The translations under genes were made by a program, and so were the position numbers. Below the pieces are notes generated by a model. The model did not search any database. It saw only the letters and a list, made by a program, of their open reading frames with translations, and had not been told where the DNA came from. 64,000 nt of DNA. Origin: Candidatus Micrarchaeaceae archaeon. Lineage in GTDB: Archaea > Micrarchaeota > Micrarchaeia > Micrarchaeales > CABMGC01. Each line of letters opens with the position of its first letter. The first letter of the stretch is position 1. The DNA is taken from NCBI GenBank assembly GCA_038878295.1, contig JAVZVY010000001.1, positions 1-64,000 on the forward strand. The letters run 5' to 3'. Below are positions 9,211-18,745 of this stretch, one piece after another.

Positions 9211-11628
9211 ATGGAGGTCGTTGAATTTAGGGGCATAATAATAGACGTAGATTATGTAATAAGAGACGATGCGGCTGTAATCAGGTTTGTACTGAAGAGC
9301 AAAGACGGCACTCTGCACACTTTCTTCGACAGGAACTTTCTGCCTTATTTTTATTTGGTCCCAAACGACATCGGCATATCAGCAAATGACATAATGGATA
9401 TTTCAGCGAACGATTTTGGATCTGAAATTAAGCCTGTGAAGGTCGAAGAGAAAAGAATGCTTCTTATGGGAAAGGAGGTAAGAGTGTTTGCCGTGTATGC
9501 AAAGCAGCCAAAGCAGGTACCAAAACTGAAGGAAGCTGCAGATAATTTTGGCGAATGCTTCGAGTACGACATAGTCTTCTGGAAGCGTTACATAATAGAC
9601 AAAGGGATCGTGCCTCTTCGCGAGAATATTGTAAAGGCGCATGTGGATGGAAATGAATTTGTCGTGGATTCGATAGAAAGTCTCGCTAAGGAAAGCGACG
9701 TGCCGCTAACACACATTTCTTTTGATATAGAAACTTACAATCCAATGGGAGTCCCGCGCCCATCGACAGACGCGGTGATAATGATAAGCTATGCGTCCAG
9801 CCTCAAAAACGAGGTTCTTACTACCAAGAAGATAGCGAGGGATTTCATAGCCACGTTCGACAGCGAAAAGGCGATGCTTGCTGGCTTCTCTAATATAATA
9901 AAAAACATCGACCCTGACATAATAGCCGGATACAACTCCTCGAATTTCGATTTGCCGTATCTTCTGGAAAGATGCCACAAAAACGGGCTCAGGTTTGATA
10001 TTGGAAGATTCGAAGGAGAGGAGATTAAGAAGGAGCATCACGGCCTCGTAGAAGCTGTAAGGATTCCTGGGAGAATAAATTTCGACGTTTACAACGTCGC
10101 GAGGTTTGTGTCTGTAGTCGGCGCTTCGGAGCGCCTGATAAAGGTAAACAACCTTACCCTGAAGGAGGTTTATCACGCTGTAACCGGCAAAAACAAGAAG
10201 AGTGTTGAAAGGAAGGATATATGGAAAATATGGCAGGATCCGAAGGAAGTCGAGGAACTTGCTGAGTATTCTCTCAGCGACTCGTTATCGTTGGACGAAC
10301 TTTACGATTTCTTCCTTCCACTCATGATCGAGGTCGCAAAAGTCTCAGGGACGACGCTAAGCGAAGTAGCGATATCTACAACCGGCCAGCTTGTCGAGCA
10401 TCTTCTAATGAGATACGCGCATATGAACAACCAAATAATACCGAATAAGCCAGCTGAAAGCGAAATAGCTTCTAGAGAAGAGAGCCCTATAGAAGGCGCG
10501 TACGTGAAAATGCCGGATGCGGGCATTTACGAAAACATTGCCGTGCTTGACTTTAGAAGCCTGTATCCATCAATAATAATAGCGCACAATATAGACCCGT
10601 CAACTATATGCGGCAGCGATTGTGAAAATTACTACGAATCGCCAATAGGCACAAGGTTTTCGAAGGACAGGCAAGGGATTATCCCGATGATACTTGAGAT
10701 GTTTATAAATGAGAGAAGCGAGGTCAAGAGAGAATACAAGAAGGATCCTGATAATAAAACGCTTGCAGCCAGGTCGCAGGCACTCAAGATAACAGCGAAT
10801 TCCTTCTATGGTTATCTCGGCTATGCTAGATCAAGGTGGTACAGCAGAGAATGCGCGGCAAGCATAACCGCATTCGGTAGGGAATTCATAAAGAATACAA
10901 TAAGCAAGGCAGAAGCCGCTGGCTTCAGAGTTATATATACTGACACAGACAGCTTGATAATGCTTCTTGGAGACAAGAGCAAAGACGATGCGATGGGCTT
11001 TCTGAAGAGTGTGAATGACAGCCTGCCGCACGCGATGGAACTTGAGCTTGAAGATTTCTATACTAGGGGTGTCTTCGTAAGCAAAAGCGTAGGCACGGGG
11101 GGCGCTAAGAAAAAGTACGCATTAATATCTGAATCAGGCAGAATAAAGATAAAGGGCTTCGAGCTTGTAAGAAGAGACTGGGCAAAGATAGCCAGAGATA
11201 CGCAAAGGGCTGTGCTTGAGGCCATACTCAAGGATGGCAGCAAGGAAAAAGCCGCAGAAGTAGTCCGGAACACGATTGCGGAAATAAGGAAAGGTACAGT
11301 GCCTCTAAGCGAATTTGTGATTCACACCCAGCTTAGAAAAGATATAAACAACTATGACATAAAGGCGCCGGAAGTTGCTGCAGCAAAGAAGGCAATCGCA
11401 AATGGCACAAAGAAGAGAAGCGAGCTCGAGGGCGTTTCGATAGGCTACATAATAACTAAGCATGGAAACAGCATTTCGGAAAAGGCAATGCTTGAGGATG
11501 AGGCTACTGATTATGATCCGGAGTACTATATAGACAACCAGGTGATGCCAGCGGTCATGAGGATACTTAGGGAGCTCGGATACGACGCTGAAGAGCTCAA
11601 GGGCGGCGGCTCCCAGAGGAGGCTTTGA
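9211..11628 (+). CDS. polB: Family B DNA polymerase
   Basis: Exo I FDIET, Exo II YNSSNFDLPY, region II DFRSLYPSII, KITANSFYGY, YTDTDS; no intein. Confidence 0.97.
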   Translation: MEVVEFRGIIIDVDYVIRDDAAVIRFVLKSKDGTLHTFFDRNFLPYFYLVPNDIGISANDIMDISANDFGSEIKPVKVEEKRMLLMGKEVRVFAVYAKQPKQVPKLKEAADNFGECFEYDIVFWKRYIIDKGIVPLRENIVKAHVDGNEFVVDSIESLAKESDVPLTHISFDIETYNPMGVPRPSTDAVIMISYASSLKNEVLTTKKIARDFIATFDSEKAMLAGFSNIIKNIDPDIIAGYNSSNFDLPYLLERCHKNGLRFDIGRFEGEEIKKEHHGLVEAVRIPGRINFDVYNVARFVSVVGASERLIKVNNLTLKEVYHAVTGKNKKSVERKDIWKIWQDPKEVEELAEYSLSDSLSLDELYDFFLPLMIEVAKVSGTTLSEVAISTTGQLVEHLLMRYAHMNNQIIPNKPAESEIASREESPIEGAYVKMPDAGIYENIAVLDFRSLYPSIIIAHNIDPSTICGSDCENYYESPIGTRFSKDRQGIIPMILEMFINERSEVKREYKKDPDNKTLAARSQALKITANSFYGYLGYARSRWYSRECAASITAFGREFIKNTISKAEAAGFRVIYTDTDSLIMLLGDKSKDDAMGFLKSVNDSLPHAMELELEDFYTRGVFVSKSVGTGGAKKKYALISESGRIKIKGFELVRRDWAKIARDTQRAVLEAILKDGSKEKAAEVVRNTIAEIRKGTVPLSEFVIHTQLRKDINNYDIKAPEVAAAKKAIANGTKKRSELEGVSIGYIITKHGNSISEKAMLEDEATDYDPEYYIDNQVMPAVMRILRELGYDAEELKGGGSQRRL

Positions 11629-11629
11629 T

Positions 11630-12508
11630 ATGGGAGAAGCAAAGGAAGTTGGAAAGGTTTCTTATGATGCATTGAGATTCGCAAGGAGCATAATAAAGGA
11701 GGGCGTTAGCGTTCGCGAAGCGGCTGAAAAAATTGAAGGATTCATCAAGGAGAAGGGTTTCGATTTGGCGTTTCCGGCAAACATATCAGCAAACAGCGTT
11801 GCGGCCCATGACACCCCAGAGGCGAATGATGCAAGAACCTTCGGAAAGGACGTTATAAAAGTCGACGTCGGCGCAAGGAAAGGCGATATTTTGGGCGACT
11901 GCGCAATTACGTTAGATCTCTCTGAAAACTACGGGAAGCTTGTGGAGGCAGCAGATGAGGCATTAAATTCGGCGATAAGTGTTGTGAAGGCCGGCGTAAG
12001 CATAAGCAAAATAGGCTCTGAAGTTGAAAAAATCGCAAAGGCAAGAGGATTCAAGCCCATAAGAAACCTGGGAGGGCATGCTATAGAGGCGGGCAGCTTG
12101 CACGCTAGGTTTTTCATACCGAATTTTGACAACGGAGACGAAACAAAGCTTGAGGAAGGCCAAACAATAGCGATAGAGACTTTCATAACTGACGGCGCAG
12201 GCTACGTCGAAGACAGCGAATATGTGCAGATATTCCAAATGCTTGGGATGCCGACGCTCAGGTCTCATACATCAAGGAACATAGCACAATACATAAATTC
12301 GAATTATAGCACCTACCCGTTCGCGTTGAGATGGCTCAGCAAGAAATTCGAATCAGAATTTGCGGTAAGGTCCGCCATAAATGAGATGGCCGCACACGAC
12401 GCGCTTGAAGCGTTCCCAGCTCTCGTTGATAAAGGAAAAGGTATAGTGGCACAGGCCGAGAAGTCGATGATAGTCGAAAAGGATTCGTGTTTAGTGCTTA
12501 CAGAATAG
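11630..12508 (+). CDS. map: Methionine aminopeptidase type II
   Basis: AFPANIS...AAHDTP, KVDVG, GDCAIT, NLGGH, AIETF motifs. Confidence 0.95.
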   Translation: MGEAKEVGKVSYDALRFARSIIKEGVSVREAAEKIEGFIKEKGFDLAFPANISANSVAAHDTPEANDARTFGKDVIKVDVGARKGDILGDCAITLDLSENYGKLVEAADEALNSAISVVKAGVSISKIGSEVEKIAKARGFKPIRNLGGHAIEAGSLHARFFIPNFDNGDETKLEEGQTIAIETFITDGAGYVEDSEYVQIFQMLGMPTLRSHTSRNIAQYINSNYSTYPFALRWLSKKFESEFAVRSAINEMAAHDALEAFPALVDKGKGIVAQAEKSMIVEKDSCLVLTE

Positions 12509-12519
12509 CGCATTCACTA

Positions 12520-12788
12520 GGATGTTGAATTTTTAAATATTTGTTCTTCTAGATAAAACCAAATTCACAGCAAGGGGTTGCCTTTTTATCTCAAATTACA
12601 GAACCTTGCATGCAGAGGGAAAGGTAATAACGGCCTTGCAAAGCTGCTTTGCAAGGATAAAAGTTGTAATACACGCATTTGCATGCTTGGTTGCGTATTT
12701 GATTAGATATTCATGAATAATGCACTGGCAAAAATTGGAAAAACGATAAAAAGGCGAATCAGGTGTTACGATAGAAAACTCAGCAGCC
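12520..12788 (+). mobile_element. Degenerate IS relic / MITE-like derivative, copy 2
   Basis: TIRs GGATGTTGAATTTT / AAAACTCAGCAGCC with CTAG at both ends. The right part aligns with 8454-8587 and encodes KVVIHAFACLVAYLIRYS*. Confidence 0.72.
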
Positions 12789-12844
12789 TAGTTCACAATT
12801 ATAGATAAGTTTTTATATCTTCAATTAGATTAACCATCGGTAGC

Positions 12845-13780
12845 ATGTTTTTATCGAGAGGCTACAAAAAATTTAAGCATTTGAAGCCAGGCAGGTACAA
12901 AGTTTATAAACAGAACCATTTGAAAAGTTGGCATTTGCTTCAATTGCAGAGCGCAATGGAGTACCTTATGACATATGGCTGGGCCATACTTGTGATCGCA
13001 GTTGTTTTGGGCGCGCTTTACAGCCTTGGGATATTCAATTCTATAAATTTTGCTCCTAGGGCTCAGCCAGGTGCATGTCAGGTTTCGCGCCCAAACGGTC
13101 CAGGAACGATACAAATACTTAGTTTGACTGGGGAATGCAATGAACTTCCCGAGTATGTCGGTCAGTTTGCTGGCAATGGCGAGGTGATGGCTACGACAAA
13201 CCAGGTTAACATGAGTCAGGGCGGTTACAATACCGTTACCTTCTGGATGTACTGGAACAATGTAACAAATGAGATTCCATTCAGCTTCACTTCATATTCG
13301 CTATGGATAGCATCGCCAACATGCTTTGGTTTCAGCAGTGGAGGGGGCGACGCATATGGGATAAGTCCTGCAGGGCTCTCGAACCACTGGATTTTTGTGG
13401 CCGCAGAATTCTATAACGGTCCTTACACAGGCAATAGTATATTATACATAGATGGTGTTCAGCAGAGCCTTTCTCAATGCTCTGGAACCGCATCGAGTGG
13501 GGCTGCATCGCCGACTGTTTACATAGCAGGAAAGGCCGGAACAAATTATTTCACAGGTATGATTGCTGATGTGCAGCTTTACAATGTTTCGCTCTCGCAG
13601 CAGGAAGTTCAGGCGCTTTATAATTATGGAATAGGCGGCGCGCCTGTATATCTCCAGAAGCTAGCCGGCTGGTGGCCGCTCAATGGCAATGCCAATGACT
13701 ATTCTGGAAATGAAAATCAAGGAGCTGCTTCTGGAGTAAGTTATGCAGGCAATTGGCAGGCCAGCTACACGAAAACCTGA
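12845..13780 (+). CDS. Class III signal peptide (pilin-like) LamG/concanavalin-like surface protein
   Basis: QSAMEYLMTYGWAILVIAVVLGALYSLG N-terminus; LamG-like LYIDG, FTGMIADVQLYN..LS and GWWPLNG. The true start may be downstream (e.g. TTG near 12921). Confidence 0.85.
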   Translation: MFLSRGYKKFKHLKPGRYKVYKQNHLKSWHLLQLQSAMEYLMTYGWAILVIAVVLGALYSLGIFNSINFAPRAQPGACQVSRPNGPGTIQILSLTGECNELPEYVGQFAGNGEVMATTNQVNMSQGGYNTVTFWMYWNNVTNEIPFSFTSYSLWIASPTCFGFSSGGGDAYGISPAGLSNHWIFVAAEFYNGPYTGNSILYIDGVQQSLSQCSGTASSGAASPTVYIAGKAGTNYFTGMIADVQLYNVSLSQQEVQALYNYGIGGAPVYLQKLAGWWPLNGNANDYSGNENQGAASGVSYAGNWQASYTKT

Positions 13781-13785
13781 TGAAG

Positions 13786-16074
13786 TCAGCTGCACTTGCT
13801 GTATCCGCATACTGGGCACGTGGCACAGCCTTCTGCAGCTATCATCGTGCTGCCACATTCGGGACATTTGATATCGCTGTATTCGTCGAGTTTAAAAGAC
13901 TTAAGCTCCTCCTTGAGATGGATGAGCGTTACGCTCTGCATGCTCTCGTCGCTGGTTGCTTTGTGAGCTTCGGCTGCTTTTTTGAGCGTAGACGATGCAG
14001 AAATGTTGTTATTTGATGCTGTTGTCAAGACTTGCGAGCTTTTGCTTCCGTTTCTGTAAATGGTTATGCCCCTGCAACCGTATTTATATGCCATAAGGTA
14101 TGCGGCTTCAACGTCCTGAGGCGTAGCGCTGTTCGGAAAGTTTATGGTCTTTGAAACCGCGTTGTCTACGTACTTTTGGAATGCAGCCTGCATCTTCACG
14201 TGCCATTCGGGAGCTATGTCAAAGGTCGTTACGAAAAGCTTCCTCACCTCCTCTGGTATTTCATCTATGTCCTGTATCGATTCGCGGCCCACAAGCTTGT
14301 GAATAAGCGCGTCGCTGTAAAAGCCATATTTTATCGCAAATTCCTCGAATGTTGGATTTACCTCTATTAGATTTGAACCAAGGCTTTCCCTGACGTTTCT
14401 CATGTATGCTACAGAAAACAAGGGTTCTATTCCGGAGGAGGCGCCGCCCGAAATTATGCTTATTGTGCCTGTCGGCGCTATAGTAGTTATAGTAGAGTTC
14501 CTTAATGGCTTCATTCCGAATTTATACCAGATGCTGTTTTCGAATTCAGGAAATGGACCGCGCTCTTCCGCAAGCTCCTGCGACATTTTCCTGCCCTCTT
14601 CGGTTATGAATTTCATTACCCTCTCAGCAAGGAGCAGCGCTTCATCAGAATTGTATGGTATGCCGAGCTTTATGAGCATGTCAGCCCAGCCCATTACGCC
14701 AAGACCTATGCGCCTTATGCTTTTTGAAACCTTCTCTATCTGCGGTAATGGGTATTGATTCGCATCTATGACGTCGTCTAGGAATCTTACCCCTAACCTG
14801 GTCATATAGCGCAGTTTCTCCCAATCGATGTCGTATCCGGTTTTTGTCTGTTTGACCATCTTAGAGAGGTTTATAGATCCAAGATTACAGGAGTCGAATG
14901 GATATAACGGCTGCTCTCCGCACGGGTTTGTCGACTCTATTGGACCAAGTTTAGGAACCGGATTCGCGGTTGACGAGTTCATCCTGTCTATGAATACTAC
15001 TCCTGGATCGCCTGTGCGCCACGCCATAGTGGTTATTAGATTCCATACGGCCCTTGCGTTAAGTTTGCCCACAACCTTGCCGTTTCTTGGGTTGATTAGA
15101 TTGTAATCAGAATTGTTCTGCAAAGCCTTCATGAACTCGTCGGTAATAGCTACTGATATGTTGAAGTTCTCCAATACGCCTTCCTTTTCCTTTGCGACTA
15201 TAAAGCTCAGGATGTCTGGATGATCTACACGCAATATGCCCATGTTTGCACCGCGTCTCTTGCCACCCTGCTTTATTTGCTCGGTTGCTGAATCAAAAAC
15301 TTTCATGAATGAGATTGGCCCTGAAGCTATGCCGCCAGTAGACCTCACAACGTCGCCTGCGGGCCTAAGCCTGGAGAAGGAAAAGCCTGTGCCACCGCCA
15401 GATTGATGCACAAGGGCGGCCCATTTCACGGCGTCGAAGATTTCAGGAATTGAGTCACCAACCGGCAGAACAAAACATGCGCTAAGTTGCCCGAGTTTTG
15501 TGCCGGCATTCATAAGGGTCGGGCTGTTAGGCATGAATTCGAAGCTTGTCATGGCTTTGTAAATGCTTTCTTCGAACTCCTTGATCTTTTCTTCGCTGGT
15601 GCCGTATGTGTGCTCCACACCAGCTATGAATTTTGAAACCCTTTCGAAAAGCTGCTTTGGCGTCTCTATTATCTTTCTGTTTTCGTCCCTCTGCAGATAA
15701 CGCGCTGCTAGCACTATCAGAGTGTTCAAAGGTAGCTTCAGGTCGTCGGTTATGCCAATCGTTGCCAGATAGTTTCTAAGTTCCGCCCTCTTGTTTCTAT
15801 AAATTATGTAAGCTTTTGCGACAAACGAATCCTTTTCCATTAGTGTCTGCTCGACTATGTCCTGTATGTCCTCCACAGCTATTTCTTCAACTCCTTTGCC
15901 GTTTATTCTCTTAGTCACTTCGTCTGCGTATTCTTCAGCTCTTGCCTTTATTTCATCTTTTGTTATTTTATCGTCATATACGCTTTCAACGGCCTTGCCT
16001 ATGGCTATTACGATCTTTTCCTTGTCGAAAGCAACTTTAGTCCCATCTCTCTTTATAACGCTTTTTATCTCCAT
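13786..16074 (-). CDS. nrdJ: Adenosylcobalamin-dependent (class II) ribonucleotide reductase with N-terminal ATP cone and C-terminal Zn ribbon
   Basis: VIKRDG ATP cone, PNSPTLMNAG, SACFV, TNPCGEQ, CNLGSINL, TIAPTGT, terminal CPECG..CPVCG. Start ATG 16074 has a GAGGT SD. Confidence 0.93.
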   Translation of the reverse strand: MEIKSVIKRDGTKVAFDKEKIVIAIGKAVESVYDDKITKDEIKARAEEYADEVTKRINGKGVEEIAVEDIQDIVEQTLMEKDSFVAKAYIIYRNKRAELRNYLATIGITDDLKLPLNTLIVLAARYLQRDENRKIIETPKQLFERVSKFIAGVEHTYGTSEEKIKEFEESIYKAMTSFEFMPNSPTLMNAGTKLGQLSACFVLPVGDSIPEIFDAVKWAALVHQSGGGTGFSFSRLRPAGDVVRSTGGIASGPISFMKVFDSATEQIKQGGKRRGANMGILRVDHPDILSFIVAKEKEGVLENFNISVAITDEFMKALQNNSDYNLINPRNGKVVGKLNARAVWNLITTMAWRTGDPGVVFIDRMNSSTANPVPKLGPIESTNPCGEQPLYPFDSCNLGSINLSKMVKQTKTGYDIDWEKLRYMTRLGVRFLDDVIDANQYPLPQIEKVSKSIRRIGLGVMGWADMLIKLGIPYNSDEALLLAERVMKFITEEGRKMSQELAEERGPFPEFENSIWYKFGMKPLRNSTITTIAPTGTISIISGGASSGIEPLFSVAYMRNVRESLGSNLIEVNPTFEEFAIKYGFYSDALIHKLVGRESIQDIDEIPEEVRKLFVTTFDIAPEWHVKMQAAFQKYVDNAVSKTINFPNSATPQDVEAAYLMAYKYGCRGITIYRNGSKSSQVLTTASNNNISASSTLKKAAEAHKATSDESMQSVTLIHLKEELKSFKLDEYSDIKCPECGSTMIAAEGCATCPVCGYSKCS

Positions 16075-16082
16075 ATTATACC

Positions 16083-16535
16083 TCATCTTCTCTTAAACGC
16101 ATCCGCGATCCTTTTGAATTCGTCGGGGGAATCGAAGCTGTTGTACACGCTTGCAAACCGGATATAGGCTACAGGATCTATCTTATATAGCTCTTTCATT
16201 ACAAGGTCGCCTATCCGTTTGCTTTTTATTTCTTTTACCCCTCTTGACCTAAGCCCCCTCTCTATTTTGTCGGCTATGCCCTCTATTGTGGACATGCTGA
16301 CAGACCTTTTCTCGCAGGCTTTAGCTATCCCTGATATTATCTTCTGCTTGTCGAAACGCTGGCGAGTGCCGTCTTTTTTGACAACCATTATTTCGTTCTG
16401 GCTTATGCTTTCGTATGTTGTGAAGCGCCTTTTGCATGCGTTGCAGAACCGCCTGCGCCTTATTGTGTTTTCTTCGCCAGTATCTCTCGTGTCTATGACT
16501 CTTATGTCGCTAGAGCCGCAATATGGGCACCTCAA
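16083..16535 (-). CDS. nrdR: Transcriptional repressor NrdR
   Basis: RCPYCG..VIDTR..IRRRRFCNACKRRFTTYE Zn ribbon, ATP cone, VAYIRFASVY. Start placed at TTG 16535 behind a GGTGA SD. Confidence 0.95.
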   Translation of the reverse strand: MRCPYCGSSDIRVIDTRDTGEENTIRRRRFCNACKRRFTTYESISQNEIMVVKKDGTRQRFDKQKIISGIAKACEKRSVSMSTIEGIADKIERGLRSRGVKEIKSKRIGDLVMKELYKIDPVAYIRFASVYNSFDSPDEFKRIADAFKRR

Positions 16536-16549
16536 CAGATCACCAAAGC

Positions 16550-16596
16550 ACACAATATCTAGTATAAGCAAGGACCAGAGATACAATATATTGTGT
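16550..16596. promoter_or_regulatory. Tandem NrdR boxes (16550-16565 ACACAATATCTAGTAT; 16581-16596 ATACAATATATTGTGT)
   Basis: Both match the known NrdR-box palindrome acaCwAtATaTwGtg. They are 31 bp apart and lie between a TATA-like element (~16600-16609) and the nrdR start. Confidence 0.85.
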
Positions 16597-16680
16597 AAAT
16601 ATTTAAATATGCGCAAATAAACCGTTTAGCCAAGACCGCCTTTTTTGATTAAAAGAAAAAAGAAGTAGTGCAAGACACCT

Positions 16681-17382
16681 TCATGTAAGAAAGTCAATTA
16701 TTTTCATCTGCTTTATGAGCTCAAGAGTCTTCCATTTGGTTCTTATATGCTGGACCAGAGCGGCATTGGAAAGATTGCTTCTTATTGCATCTATTGTTCG
16801 GGTGTCTGAAGGGTAGCCCGAGCCTATGTCTATCTTGAGTTTACTCTTTAATTTATCCATTTCTCTATCGCGCACTACCTTCGCTATTATGCTTGCTCCA
16901 GAAACCACAGGATATTTCACATCCGCTTTGTGCTCCGATATGAGCTTTATGCTTTCCTGCCTGCTCTTACGCCGCTTATTGACCTCGAGGGGCTTGTGCG
17001 AGATCATGCTTATTCTTATGCCGAACTTTTCCTGCACGACATCAGGCGAGTCTATGAAAATAGTGCTCACGGCGCTTTCCATAGAGTCTATGATCTTTGC
17101 AAAATGAACGGCCTCGAGCTCATTCAGGGATATGCCGTTTATCATGGCCCTGCTTATCTCGTCGGCGCCTATTAGGGAAACTTTTACCTCTTCGGCTATC
17201 GAATATATTTCATCGTAGAGATATTCGCGTCTCTTCCTGCTCAGCATCTTAGAGTCTCTCACACCTATGTCAGAGAGCCTCTGTATGCTACTCGATTTTA
17301 CGCTTATAACCCCCGTTACAAGAGGGCCAAGCACAGCTCCACGACCAGCCTCATCGCCGCCGGCTATTATGATCCGACCCAC
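16681..17382 (-). CDS. rnhB: Ribonuclease HII
   Basis: GGDEAGRGAVLGPL, GVRDSKML, HKAD..YPVVSGASIIAKV.RD, GSGYPSD. Confidence 0.95.
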   Translation of the reverse strand: MGRIIIAGGDEAGRGAVLGPLVTGVISVKSSSIQRLSDIGVRDSKMLSRKRREYLYDEIYSIAEEVKVSLIGADEISRAMINGISLNELEAVHFAKIIDSMESAVSTIFIDSPDVVQEKFGIRISMISHKPLEVNKRRKSRQESIKLISEHKADVKYPVVSGASIIAKVVRDREMDKLKSKLKIDIGSGYPSDTRTIDAIRSNLSNAALVQHIRTKWKTLELIKQMKIIDFLT

Positions 17383-17385
17383 CCG

Positions 17386-17637
17386 TTATAGCTGTTTCCT
17401 ATCGATCATTATGAAGTCATTTACGGCCATCACAGATGCATATGGAATCTTGAGCTTTCCGTCTTTTATATCGAGTTTGTTAACGTAGCTGCTGTCGACA
17501 TTAGGTTCAAGCACTATTGCAGTGAGCTTGCCTGTCACCTCGTTTAGCTCAGCATCTACGAATTTTCCCAAGTCGTAGCCGTCCGTTGTTATGGCCTCCT
17601 TGCCAACAAGCTGTTCCGCGGGTACATATTTTACCAT
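17386..17637 (-). CDS. PRC-barrel domain protein (CdpB-like)
   Basis: LVGKEAITTDGYDLGKFVDAELNEVTGKL...IPYASVMAVNDFIMI is a typical stand-alone PRC barrel. Confidence 0.85.
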   Translation of the reverse strand: MVKYVPAEQLVGKEAITTDGYDLGKFVDAELNEVTGKLTAIVLEPNVDSSYVNKLDIKDGKLKIPYASVMAVNDFIMIDRKQL

Positions 17638-17874
17638 TTTTACACCTTTAACGATTTTAGCACTATATTATGTATAATCTAAGAATTTAAATTCTTTCTT
17701 ATAGTTGGACCACTCCGAGAGTACTTAATATTATAGCGGAAGTGGCGAAATGTCTAGGGTTTTGGTTTCAGATTTTCGGTTATTGCGGCAGTGCGAATGT
17801 TTGTGAGACAAGTCCTAAACCGATTTCAAGCAAAGATATAAAATCTTTGAATTGCATATCCTATTTGTGTTGGC

Positions 17875-18207
17875 ATGACAGAACCGCAACAACAGGCGAA
17901 TGGTTACCCATCCATAATATTCAAGAAGAAGCATGCAAGGCTGTTACTTGCTTTAAAGAACAAGGATAAAGAGTGGCACATATCGGATCTTGCCAAAGAT
18001 GCAAATGTAACATACGTGCATACGACAAAATTCATAAATGAGTGCGAAAAGTATGGCATCATCGCTGTAGAAAAGCATGGAAGGACAAAAACAATAAACC
18101 TTACAAGCAGGGGCGACCAGATAGTGGAAAGCATAGAAAGTATACTAAATAATTTAGTAAAGAAGTCGCCTGCGGAAGAGCCACAGGTCGGCCAGCAGCA
18201 GGCATGA
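17875..18207 (+). CDS. Winged helix-turn-helix DNA-binding protein
   Basis: ISDLAKDANVTYVHTTKFINECEKYGII..K.GRTK...LT.RG pattern. Confidence 0.82.
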   Translation: MTEPQQQANGYPSIIFKKKHARLLLALKNKDKEWHISDLAKDANVTYVHTTKFINECEKYGIIAVEKHGRTKTINLTSRGDQIVESIESILNNLVKKSPAEEPQVGQQQA

Positions 18208-18621
18208 TTATATTACTTCAATCATCATCCTCTTCCTTACGCCATTGAGCACATGGCCGTAGTCCCTATAGTGGGCGAATGCCGTTATGGTTATAGTGTA
18301 GTCACCAGCATCTGTACCTACGTCGGAATGTATGTTCACGCTTGCTGATTTTTCCTCGTTCTGCGCGATTTCACCCAGCCTCACCTCCTTTGCCTTTTCA
18401 AGGCCTATCTCATCAAAGCTAAGGCCGCTTGGAAGTTCTATTACGACTGAGGTAAGCATAGGCTCGCTCATTTCATTCCTTAAAGTTATTGAAAGAGAGC
18501 TGTTACTGCGCTTATTAGCGTAAAGCTTGTATGGGAACAATTCTGTCTTTATCCTATAGGGCGCTTTCTTTTCGAGTTCTTCTCCTGCATTTTTTTTGCC
18601 GAAGAGATTCGGAAGACGCAT
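18208..18621 (-). CDS. Hypothetical protein, Ig-like beta-sandwich
   Basis: 137 aa alternating beta-strand pattern (ITLRNE..LTSVVIELP.GL.F, G.Y.I.ITA). Confidence 0.7.
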   Translation of the reverse strand: MRLPNLFGKKNAGEELEKKAPYRIKTELFPYKLYANKRSNSSLSITLRNEMSEPMLTSVVIELPSGLSFDEIGLEKAKEVRLGEIAQNEEKSASVNIHSDVGTDAGDYTITITAFAHYRDYGHVLNGVRKRMMIEVI

Positions 18622-18745
18622 AGCATCACGATACTACTTTTGAACAAAAAAGAATAAATATTTGAGCTAAAGCTCAGGAAAAATGTGTTTGTCGCGCATA
18701 AACCACATGTAATTTAAAAGTTAGTTGCGATATGAATGTGGTGCT

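Noticed and set aside
8082..12788. Composite transposon carrying polB-map between the two IS relics
   Set aside because: The copies are diverged and differently deleted, each has its own pair of ends, and the cargo is ordinary housekeeping genes.
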